A program made the position numbers and the translations under genes. A stretch of DNA of 60,573 nucleotides, counting the filler, from Basidioascus undulatus (taxonomy: Eukaryota): assembly GCA_000826855.1 (NCBI GenBank). It is 5 parts of 5 records of this genome, joined end to end, with 100 filler letters (N's around TTAATTAATTAA, not from the genome) between each part and the next. Parts side by side here need not be neighbours in the genome. Positions count along the whole stretch, not along the records: positions 1 to 31,604 come from JTLS01000160.1; 4 more parts are not named here. One strand, 5' to 3'. The notes under the pieces are model-generated. The model had not been told where the DNA came from and did no database searches. It saw nothing but the letters and a program-made list of their open reading frames with translations. Shown here in pieces: positions 1-11,317 of this stretch (position 1 is the first letter of the stretch; each line of letters begins with the position of its first letter).

Positions 1-253
1 TCATTGTCACTGTCGGCTGGGTCCTTCAGCACGGAAGCGCACCGTTGGCACCGATACCTGTGGGTCATGGAGTTAGAAGGAAGTCCTCGAAGCAATTTCA
101 AGCAAATAGCGGACGTACCGTACGCGTCCAAGAACGCGAATATGAGCGAGAACGCAAAGAGGTAGTCGTACTGCGCCTACAAACATCCATCGCCTCGTCA
201 GTCTCGGGGCCGTTGTCCATCCCGCAGCTTTTCCAACTCACAAAGCGAGCCAT
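1..253 (-). CDS. PHO89: PiT-family (Pho89-like) Na+/phosphate symporter, 5' exons only; runs off the window start
   Basis: ATG at 253. Spliced reading MARF|AQYDYLFAFSLIFAFLDAYG|IGAN(D) across GT-AG introns matches the QYDY..FAFLDA..IGAND N-terminal signature of PiT/Pho89 transporters. Confidence 0.85.
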
Positions 254-389
254 CTTGACTACGAATCCGCTCTTCGGCGTGGATTAGAGAGGTAAGGGAG
301 TGAGGCGGGTGGACTGTGAGAGACGAGGGAAAAAAACATCAAGTTGGGCATCGTCTGCGAGCTTTATTGGATGTTGGAGCAGGTTTGTG

Positions 390-717
390 CACGTTCTCGA
401 CGCTCAGTCGCGGATAATTTCTGATTCCACAATTCCCTACATTACCGACCGACACATTTCCTTGGCTTTCATCCCTTCTGGACCGAGGTGGGTGGTGGCA
501 GGCCAAGAAGGCCAAGCAGACGTTTCCTGCCCAGGCCTGCCCGGTGTACAATGGGGCTAGAAACTCGCTGATAGTGAACGCTACACTCTAGTGCGCGTGC
601 GATAACGCATCACGTGACTGCCAAGGAGCTTTTCAAATTTGATGTGAATGGGCCTCATGCGGTCGGACGCTCAAGGAAGATGCAGGCAGAAACCACCCAC
701 TTGTGCCTCAACACGTT
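390..717. promoter_or_regulatory. Cluster of Pho4/NUC-1-type E-boxes upstream of the PHO89-like gene
   Basis: CACGTT at 390-395, CACGTG at 611-616 and CACGTT at 712-717, all within about 470 bp upstream of the transporter ATG. Confidence 0.5.
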
Positions 718-2917
718 CAGCGCCCTCGCTCCTGACTGGCTCGCCGGCCTTGCAACGCTGCCTTCGCACGCCGCACGACCATCTCACGGCAGTCATCATG
801 ATAGCATGTACGAACGTTGTGGATGTTGTACCTTATGGTACCAGACGGATGGTTTTCATAGCATGAGGTCGAAATAGACAAAGAGCGGATCTTGGCGATC
901 CAGGTTCCCGCGCCAGGAGCCTTGGAGCTCGTGAAGTTCTGAAGGTGCAGCAGCAGCACCTCGCCTTGCCGCCCACAAACTATTTATACAATCGTTTGTT
1001 TCAAAGGAACAAAGGAAGGAAAGGCCACAGACACAATCATTCCAGACGATCGCAGATCCTCGAAGCGAGTGGCTGTCGAGGGACACGGAGGCTGCAACAG
1101 TAGTTGCCCTGCAGGCTGCCGGACTGCACCGGGACACCGAACCACGTCGGCCAGTTGGGCTCCATTTGCTTCTTAACTTCTCTTGCAGTCAAGGGATCAT
1201 GAGTACTTTTCCATAGCCCAAAAAACGTCCAGAAGAAGGGTGTGTCATAGACAACACAGTCGAGGCGCATACGTGAACGTTGCACTGACACGGAGCGAAG
1301 GTACCATCTGCATGGCCCACGGTACGACGAAAGTTGGAAATCCTTCAGCTCGTTGTCGACATCATATAATAACGTATTTGCCCCGTCAAAGCATCGGACC
1401 CACTTCATGATGACAATTTGGGCAAGGTCAACGCAACAGAGGCGGCAGCGCTTTCGCAGTGTCCATTTTGCTCCCACTTCCATCCGTGATGACTCGCTCT
1501 ACGGCCTTATTCTCAGCCACTGATGTGGCGTAATAATGACTTGATTCTTATCGAATGTACACTATAAAGATGGTCCGGGATGTAGATTGATCACATGGCA
1601 ACAATGGGCGTCCGTCATGGAACGTCTCCTGAGATCCAAACGGCAATATCATCCCGACTCTCTGCTTGCCCGGGCCGAGATCAAAATATTTCCACCGACA
1701 TCATCTGTCCAGCTTGGATTTCTTAGTCCGGACCACCTTGCGATTCCCTTTCCGAGCAAGTCAAACACATCTCCTGTTCATCAGAACGATTGTGCACGGA
1801 CTTTTACGGACCGGCGTGCTTGTCTCCTCCTGGCACAAACAGAACGCGATATGTTGTAGACAGTTTGTGGATCTTAAAGGCGGAATTTCGTCCTGGCTTG
1901 TTTGGGAAAAGAATGTACCTCGGGAAGGGGAGGGGGAAGGATGCCATGTCCAATGTTACCGTCGAGGAAGTGCTTTCGTTTCTGTCCCCAGGCGTGAAGA
2001 ACCATAACTTTGACAAAAATAGCTGATACAAAGTGCCTACGAATAATTTACTTCTTTCACTATAAGGTTATGAATGAATTTCAGAACCAGTCGTACGTGT
2101 CAACTTGTGAGCTTTCTGCAGCGGCAAAATAGTTGCACCCGAGAAGAGGTATCACACACGCACACTCAGCAACAGCATGGAAATGAGGGACAAGGGACAT
2201 GCCAAAGCATAGCGCCAACATGAAGTTGTGGCTGCATGAGAACGTGGTAGTCAGCCCCATGGCCATTTATGCGAACACAGCTCGGTGACGCTGCAGAGAT
2301 GAACCACAAACTATATGTACCATGTCCCTCGTTACCAAGCACAAGAGACTTTTTATTACAAGCAAAAACATACTTACGGAAACAAGCAGAATATGCGAGA
2401 GTGCCTTTATCCTGTAATCCTCGGCCTCATGGGCTGCAGACCAGAACAGCAGCGGAGCTCAGCATACGAGATTGGACCAGAAGCATGGCCAACCTGCCTC
2501 CCCATCAAGATATTTAGGGGTGGGCTGGTATCCCGCTGGCCAGTCGCAATGGTCCTGGAGCTCAGGCCACCCTGCGTAAGAACGCGGGACTCATTGATGT
2601 CAGACTGCCCCTCCATCTACCCTTCAGCTCTGCAGATTTCTGCCTAAGAATAGTGCTTCCAAGTAAGACTTAGTTGAGGAGTTACCGTCCAGGTATGGTT
2701 ATCCGCCACTTTGACAACCACGCTGCATAATCCCCTGCACGTACATCCAAAACCTGCATGCCAGACTACCGCCGTCGCCCTCTGCCTCACAAGCGGTTCG
2801 CGTCTCAGATCAGAATCGGATCAATGCTTGCGACACGCACACTGCACCTTGTCCAGAAGCACCTCGCTGTACGGAGTACCTCCCGTACGCACACGGAGCA
2901 TCACAGGCTAAACCTCA

Positions 2918-3971
2918 TCAATCAACCTCCCCTGCGTCCCTCGTCCCCCGCGCCGCCTGCGCCTCATCGCCCCATCTCGGTCTCTCCTCCTCCTCCTCCT
3001 GCCCCTCCTGCCCCTCCTGCCCCTCGGGCTCCTCCTCCCACGCGCGCGTCTCCACATGCCGATGCACATCCAGCGGCGGCAGGCGGGCGTGCTCGCCGCG
3101 GCGGACAAACACTCGCTTCCGCCACGCGGACTCGAACGCCGGCACGGGACCGAAGCGCCAGAGCGGCCAGACAATCCGGTCGACGCGGGAGTTGACGAGG
3201 CCGAGGGGGACCTGGGTGGGACGAAATGTCAGGATGTGAGAGTAGCATTCGGGACCGCGGCGGAGGAGGCAAGGAAGACGGCGCGAGAACGCGACTGCGT
3301 AGGAGAGAGAGGGCTTACTGGCCCGAAGGTATTGCTGTCCCTGCTGCGCATGGGCTCGTCGCCCTCTACCCATGCGTGCCCAGCAGGAATGCGGACGTAT
3401 GTGTCGGGATGAGGCGGCAGTGTTCGAACCTGTCGAGAGCGATGAGGGGCATGTTGAGCTTCATCCCACCAGTTGCACTTAAGCGACAATCCACGGATGA
3501 GTATCCCACGTACCACATCACCTTCCAGTGCCACTATTCGCTTCGTAATGAGCAAGTTTGGGTCTGAGGGTGACCTGCGAAAGGCAACAGATGAACAGGT
3601 GCTCTCGATTTGTTAGAACCACGCCTAGAGCGAAGACGCACCACAGCGTCACAACGTCCCCCCTGCTGAGCTCTTGCAACCCCACCGCCCATCGGTTCAA
3701 AAGCACGACGTCCTTCCTCAGCATAGACGCGTCCGGATTGAACGTCGGCTAGACCGTCCCGCACATCGATCGATTAGGACATAATCTCGCTGATGCTCTA
3801 GCTAGCGAGAAGGATGCGGACCTTCATGCTTCCACCGCTGACTGTTGCTATGCTGTAAACGTTCTGAGCGAAGAACGCCGCGACGGGCGTCCATGCGAGG
3901 AAGCGGAGCGAGTCCGCGAACTGTTGATTGCGGAAGTACGAGCTGAAGCGCCCGGCGAACGAAGAAGCCAT
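2918..3971 (-). CDS. IMP2: Mitochondrial inner membrane peptidase subunit 2 (S26 family), spliced
   Basis: Motifs VSGGSM, DVVLLNRW..RGDVVTLW, ITKRIVALEGDVV, IPAGHAWVEGDEPMRSRDSNTFGP and VPLGLVNSRVDRIVWP; acidic C-terminal tail. Confidence 0.9.
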
Positions 3972-4233
3972 TTCGGCGAGGGTGTGAGTGCGAATTCGAA
4001 ACTGTATGTGAGTGTTTGTGGAATCGAGTGTCCGTATAAGTGGTGTGTGGATGGAAGTTTAAGACGGAGGAGTATGGCCTCGAGGCTATCGGGCGGCCTG
4101 ATCAGCGGGACGGTCTCGTTTCGGCGATTAGCCAGGGCAATTGCATCCGGCCGGCTCAACGACCGGCGTCATCTCCTTTAATCGCGACTTACCTTCTTGT
4201 CCAGCACCATCTTCGTTCTTGAGCGGACACGCA

Positions 4234-6657
4234 ATGTCGATACCAGGATCATTCATATCGTAAGGAGCAAAATTGGACTATACCGGTCTATGAATTGACT
4301 GGCTGATGCTGTAGAGTCATATGCAGCCCTGTCGGCTACAGCTCTTCCACCTGCGGGTACTGCTCTCCGGCAGGCCAGCGCTCAAAGACCAAGAGCAGCA
4401 AGTCGTACGGCTTTTGGGCAAACTCCCTCGAATGCCAGGTAAGGTTGAATAGTCTTTGTTGAACATTATGCGACGCGAGGTCTGACCTGGAGCACTCCTG
4501 CAGACCTACCAAGACCTCATCGATCGCGGCTGGAGTGGGTTGTTTCCCTGCGCCGCACGCTCGTGCAGCGGCTGACGTGGATTATATATGGTGTTCAGGA
4601 CGGAGCGGAAGCTACCTTTATGTGAGTTTTGCGCCATGATCTACATCTCAGCCAGATCCTGACCCGACTTCGCAGCACCCGGACATGGCCCGCACCTGCT
4701 GCCCGCAGTACACGATCCGGCACGTCCTCGACCCAGCTCGCTCATGCGCCCTTCTGACATTCTCGCATGTTATTAGCCTGGACGCCGCCCAATTTCACCC
4801 CTCGCGCTCATCCCGGCAGCTCCTCAACCGCTTTAATCGCTTCGTGCTCGAGGACTACAGGCCCGGAGGCAGCGCGGGCGGCAACGGCGGCGGGGGTGCG
4901 GCAGAGGCTGCAGCGCCTGCCGCGGCTGAGTGGAAGAGTGGGAAGTCGGAAAGCGGGGAGGAGAATTCTATGCTTTTGGACGAGTGAGTGGATGTGCCCT
5001 CTTCGAGGTGGAGTCGTCGAGAGGTTGACAGGGGTTCGCGATGATAGGTTCCCCCAACCGTCCTCCTCTGCAGCCCCGCGCGCGCAACTCTCCCTCCCCG
5101 CTACACCCGCCCTAGCCGACCGCTCCAGCATCAACACCGCCGCGCTTCCTCGACCCTCCGACTCCGCCGCCGCCGCCGCTCCTACCCCTTCCCAACCGCA
5201 GCCGTCCAAACCCAAAAAGACGAAGGGCAAAAACAATGTCTTCGAGCTCATCCCGTCCATCCACGCCGCCGAGAAGGCCTTCCTTCCTGAAGGAACGGAA
5301 GTCAAGCACCACTTCGAGGTATCCTTCTTTCGAGCAAGAATGACTGCCGTCGCAAAAGCGTGCTAAGAAGGGGATTCCTTTACGTACAGATCGTCTTGGA
5401 GCCCTCGTCGTTCACGAAGGAGAAGTACGACCTCTTCCGGTCGTACCAGATCAACGTGCACAAGGAGAGCCCGACCAAGCAGAGCGAGTCCGGCTTCAAG
5501 CGCTTCCTTGTCGACAGCCCACTCGACGTGCGTGCGAGCGCATTCTTTCCCTTCCCGGCGACCCACTTAGAGTCTTTTTCACAGCGGGTCCCCATCCCTT
5601 ATCCCTCTCCGCCCCCCGCGCATCTGCCCACGCATTTCGGGAGCTATCACCAGCTGGTGCGCTTCGGAGCTGCACCTGTGCGATCGAGCTTCCCACTGAT
5701 CGGCCTTTCGACGACAGTACCGCCTCGACGGCAAGCTGATCGCGATGGGTGTGCTCGACATCCTCCCCAGCGCGGTATCGTCCGTCTACCTCATGTATGA
5801 CGTCGAGTACCAGCACATGGGTCTGGGCAAGGTACGTCTTATGTGCTCTGTGTATCGTACGTATGCATCTGATCTTGGCGCAATACAGACGAGCGCTCTG
5901 CGCGAGGCTGCGCTGGCGAGGGAGATGTCGGAGGCAGGGGCCGGCAAGTTAGACTTGTACATGGGTTCGTCTGTGTTCATTTTCCGGCAACGGCATGCGG
6001 CTGACGAGAAGGCTTGTGGGATGGGATAGGCTTCTACATCCACACCTGCGTCAAAATGCGCTACAAAGCCGACTACGCGCCCTCCTCCCTGCTCAACCCC
6101 GTGCGTCAGACCTTTTTCGCCCGTTCCCACCCTCGACCGGTCGTCTCACCCGTCCCCTGATCCGGCAGGCAACCAACACCTTCTACCCGTACGAGACCTG
6201 CGCGCCGCTCCTCGACGCGCACACGCACGCCTCCTTCTCCTCTCCGTCGCACTCCAACTCTCCTGGGCCGAAACCGAAGCCGCCGCCGGACTCGACCTCG
6301 GACTGGCAAGATGCGGTCGACCCGGACGAAGACGAGGACGACGAGGAAGACGGGGACGTAGACTCGGACCTGCCCTCGCCCCCGCCGCCGGGCTTCCTCG
6401 ACACGCGCGATCTGCCAAAGACGGCGCTTGTCAAGATGCTCGTGCTCGAGCAGCGCGAGAACACGGTGTATCCGGCCATCGTGAGTTTGCCGGGCTTTGT
6501 GCTCATCCCGCCCCTGCCGTGTTGCTGACAACTGTATGCGCCCTCGATACTGCAGATGTCGCCGGCTTGGCGCAGCCTGACGACGCGTCGCGAGATCAAG
6601 GAGATCATAGCTGCGCTGGGGGAGGACCTGTGCGAGAAGGTCGTTCTGTACTTCTGA
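4234..6657 (+). CDS. ATE1: Arginyl-tRNA--protein transferase, multi-exon
   Basis: CGYC motif, [59 protein letters not shown] and [20 protein letters not shown]; stop at 6655-6657. Confidence 0.93.
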
Positions 6658-6859
6658 TTTGCAGGCAAATTAAGCTGTCGCGCACAAGCACAGCGCGAAC
6701 GCGTGCATGCAGTCAAGTCGATGGGGCTTCGAAGTCGAAAATACATGGAGAGCATAGCCAGGTAGGCTGGTAAACGGCAAAGAAAGCGGTGAATAAAACA
6801 GGTAAGGCTTAGGCTTGAGGCTTAAGAGAGGGGCATGGGGCATGGAATGTCCATGGCAT

Positions 6860-9800
6860 TCAACGGAAGGAATACGAGAAGGGCTTGGAGAAGGTGTCAG
6901 AAGGTGGCCTTAAAGATACGAGTGCTGTCAGTACCGGGACGCGGAAGACGACTCTCGCTCGCACGCTCACCTGACGGCGACCTCGGGCAGTCCATCCTCC
7001 GCATTCTCGTCGACGCCGCTGCTCGGCGCGATCGCCGACCGCCTCTTGCGGGGCGAGGCGTTCTCGCGCCCGCTCGAGATGCCCGACGTCCGCCGCTCGG
7101 CCTTGATGTTGCGCTCCTTCTGCGGCTGGGGCGACTTGGACCTCGGAGGGGGCGTAGGCGAGTTAGTCCGCTCGCCGAGGAGAAGGGGGCGGAACGAGGG
7201 GCTCTGCCGTCCGCTGCCGCTGCCGCTGCCATCCTCGGGCTGCTCGGTAACGCGCGGCATTATCGCCTTGAAGCGAGCGGCGAGGCTGTTCTGTCTCCGA
7301 TTGTCATTCTGCTGCACGGGCACGAGCGGTGCGAGATTTGAAGAGACGTCAGACCACGAGCTCGCGGTGGACTCGTCGCTCTTGCGAGGCATGTCCTTGT
7401 CGACGGCGCGGAGGGCGGACGGTCCAAGAAGACTCGCATCCGACCAGCCGCGGAGATGAGTCGTGTCGGCCGAGGGACGCGCGGAGGAGCGCTCGTCGGC
7501 TTCTTGCAGCGTCTCGAGCGAGGGGTTGGGCCGGGTGAAGGACGGGCGACGCTCGGGGCGTAGGAAGGAGGGAGATGGCGAGCGCGACGTGGGGAAGAAG
7601 TCGGCTGATGACGGCGGACGGTCGTATGGGTCGTCGGGGGTGTTGAGGTCGACATCGTCCAGCTGCTGCTCGCCACTGTCATCCCCTTGGCTTGGTTTCG
7701 CTGGGTCGTAGAGCGATGCGGATGTGGAGAACATTGAGTTGTCGAGAAGGCGCTCGACGCCCGTGCTCCATCGCCCGGCACTCAGCTGGCCAGCGCCGAT
7801 GGCCGGCAGCGAATTGTACGCCTTGCTGCCGCGGCGCCTCGCCGCCGACTCCCGAGGCGATACGCGTCCCAAACCCGGTGGGTCGTCAGGCGTCTTCGCG
7901 CGTCCTACTGCAGCTGACGCTGTGCGCCAGCGCTCGGGTACGGCGGGGACGGGAGGCAGCGGACCAAAGTCGGCGGAGGCGTCTGGTTCGTAAAGGCCGA
8001 GAAGCGTCGGGTCGCTGTGGACGCGCGTGCGCGATCCGATGCTGATCGAAGGGACGAGGCGAGGAAGGATCTTCGCGCTGAGCGTGTCAATCGACCAGGT
8101 TGACGATGCGCGTTTGTAAGAAGAGGTCGGCGTATTGCGCCCGGACTTGTCGGGAGAGGGGGCGAACGAGACGCTCGTCTTCGTGCGAAAACTGCGGCTG
8201 AAGTCGTACAGGGAAGAAGCTGATCATCCTCGGGAGTATTAGTTCCAGCCGCGAACGTCGGACACGGCCAACTCCACTCACAAATCCCCGTTTGGGTTGT
8301 CTCCAAGGAAGACCTTCCCGAGCGTGCGCCAGTCGCAGCTCGTCCGGTTTCCGGGCTGTCCGTTACGGCGCGGGAAGGGAGAACGGAGAGACTGAACAGG
8401 TTGTCAGCAACAGACAAATTCCTGACAAGGTTACAACAGCAGACGGCATACGGCGGATGAGGTGCGAGTAGCGACATTGCTCGACCAAGGCGACTGAGAC
8501 CGTCAACGGCATCGCCTTGTTGAATCCTGCAGAACGAGATCGCGTTAGAGTCGTCCATCCGAGATCTGAGCGGGCACGTTTTACTTGCCATTTAGCAGAC
8601 GAAGTCTCAAAGAGCGTGACAGGTCTGCGGTTCTTCATCGTCGGAGCGGGCCGCGTCCGGAACTGAGTCGCGTCCACGTCGGTGCTGTCAAAGAGACACC
8701 CATTGAGCGAGAAATCAGCAGTGGGCGGGCGTTGTCGACTCACATGCTGAGCATCGTTCGAGGCCGCTCGCGCACAGCCTGCGGCTCGGTGGTATGCGAG
8801 CAGAAGCCCTCGGTCATGCCGACTTGGAAAGCCAAGAGTGGCCCCGAAACCATGACTGAGAGTACGAAGGCGTAGATAGTACCCGTAGAAGAACCAGAAG
8901 TCGACAGCGACGAGGCGAGGTACGGAAGCGCGAGAACCTTGAGCAAAGAAGTCAGCGAGCGGTCTACCGATTTGGCAATTGCGCGGCGCACGTAAGGAAG
9001 GAGCATGCAGAGGAGATGGCCGCCGAGTCGTGCGACCGCTGTAGGCGAGGAAAATGCGTCAGCCATGGCCTGCGATATGAAACAGGCAGGAAAGAGGCGT
9101 ACCGGCGTGGGCCTCCTTGCGCGAAAGCTCGATACTGCTAGACGCAGACCGGATGGACGCGGAGTACGCTTTGCGACGCGCCAAGAGCTCGCTGCTCGTG
9201 GTACCATGAGAGGCGCTGCTCTCCGGCGTGTGCCCTTGAGAGCTCTGAGACGGGCGTGACTCGTTCGAATACAAGAAGCTCGAGATGGATGGGCGCGGAC
9301 TGTTGGTTGATGATAGCCATGACGATGACGGCCGAAACACTGCCTGTCCACTGGACGGATCGACGCTGTGCAGGCTGTGGGAGTGGTCGGGCGAGTTGGC
9401 GCGAGACGAGAACTTGAAGGACGACATCGTTGGGCGATCCCGATCCGACGGGTGCTCGCTAAGCCACGAACTCCCGGAACGTCGGCTCGAGCTCGCTGGC
9501 GAATGGTCTTCGACAGACGCCGCCGGCGTTGAGCCGAAGTCGAACGAGGACATCGTACGACGGTCGACGTCCGAGGGGTGCTCGCTCAGCCACGAGTCTC
9601 CGAACAGCCCGCTCTCGTCGGCTTGAGAGTAGCGGCTGCAGTCCGACCGCCTTCGCGAGGCCCTGTCCGACGTTCCGTACGAGAAGCTCGACATTGTGCT
9701 GCGCGAGTCGCGGGTCGACTCGAGCCAGCTGCTGCTCCCCTCGAAGTGCGCACCCTGCTTTCCCAGGTCCGGTTGCCCCTTGACCTCGAACGTCCCGGCA

Positions 9801-10806
9801 GCATCGGCTTTGGCAGCGGCAGACGAACGCGCCTCGCTACTGCTGTTTGACGGGCGCGCGACGTCGAAGGAATGCGGGTTGATCTCGACGTCCGAGTCCG
9901 AGTAGCGGTGATAGCGGACCGGTACCGCCGTCGATTGCCGCCGGCGCTTGTGGACGGTCAAGACCGCGTAAAGCAGAGTCTGTCGAGGCGCCCTGGTAAG
10001 TCTCCCTGACGTAAAGGTAGATATGTCTGCAGGCAACAACCACAAGGCTTACAGAGAAGACGCCAGCCGTAGCGACGGCGACGACGGTTGAATAGACCAT
10101 GATGCCCTGCCGAACAACAGGCCGCATGATGTTAGTAGGACTCCCCGTCGCTCCGAAAGTGGGTTGACGTACAACCCAAAGTCTTCCCCAGTGTTCGTGC
10201 GCAGCCACGCCAGCCAAGGCAGTGCCGACGACGACGGCGCAGAATGCAGGTGCAGTGAGCATCCAATCGCCTCGACCGAGCTTGACCTTGCGGCCCCGTC
10301 GGACGTGGACGAAAATGAGGACTGCGACAACAAAGAGGATCGTTTGTCGAGCTTCGAGAGAGAAACTGAAAGGGCATGGGGAGGTAAATAAAGAATAGAT
10401 GAGGACAGGATTCTTGCGAGACGCTCACAACAGACGCGCAGCCGAGCTGGGCGTTGGGCCGCGTTTCGCTGGATCCGAGAAGTCATGGCCGTGGACCAGA
10501 ACCTCCTGAAGATCTGACCGCTTCAACTTCCCACCCAACCCGAAAACGGAAGTTACGCACCCAAACGAGGGTCCAGCAGGCCAGGATGTCGGCAGCGGCG
10601 AGCCACAGCTGGAATCGCTGTGCACTGCGCACGCGAGGAGGCAGGGGACGAGCGACGATCGCTTGCTGGCCACGATAGAGTGGATGTGCTGAAATCTGAG
10701 GAAAGTGCCGGATGACGGTTTTGATGACGACGAAGAGCGAGCAGATGAGCGAAATGAGAGCGAAGGCGGCGGCGACGTAGAGAAGCGGTGATGTTGGTGC
10801 GGGCAT
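6860..10806 (-). CDS. Orphan seven-transmembrane (GPCR-like topology) protein with a very long Ser-rich third loop and C-terminal tail
   Basis: Seven hydrophobic segments across exons: LLYVAAAFALISLICSLFVVI; FQLWLAAADILACWTLVW; QTILFVVAVLIFVHV; WMLTAPAFCAVVVGTALAGVAA; GIMVYSTVVAVATAGVFS/TLLYAVLTV; LGGHLLCMLLPY/VLALPYLA; IYAFVLSVMVSGPLLAFQV. Long disordered ORFs at 9059-10045 and 6967-7872. 3' end approximate. Confidence 0.7.
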
Positions 10807-11317
10807 AATGCGTGTGGAATAGCCTCGGATGCAGGCGACAGGTCGTTAGGACATGCGAAAGTGGGCGTCGAGGATTCGAGCAGATGATGGTCAGTGGGAG
10901 ACGATGCGAATTCAAAACAAACATGGGTGGTGAGGAGCGAGTTAGAGACGCGTTGGCATACATGGCAGCGGACTCCGTCCCGGGCCGCTTGCACCTCAAT
11001 CGCGACGCGCCTCAGCAACGGACTTGGGCGAGAATTAGCCGAACAACGCACTTAAGTTTAACATTATTTGAATTGCCTTGGGAACTTGCGCCGACAACAG
11101 AAGCTGTCGGTGGGGGTGCACTCGGCAAAGCATGGCGAAGCGAGAAGACGCGAGTATTGTGTAGTAGTGCAGAAAGAGAGGGCAAGAAGCGCAAATTGCC
11201 CATACGAAGAGAAGATAGTGAAGCGTCCCGTAAATCTAGGTCATCTACCGAAGAAATAATAAGTATGCGTGCTTAGCGTTACACTCAAAGGATAGGCCAT
11301 CTTGGGCCATCACGCAC

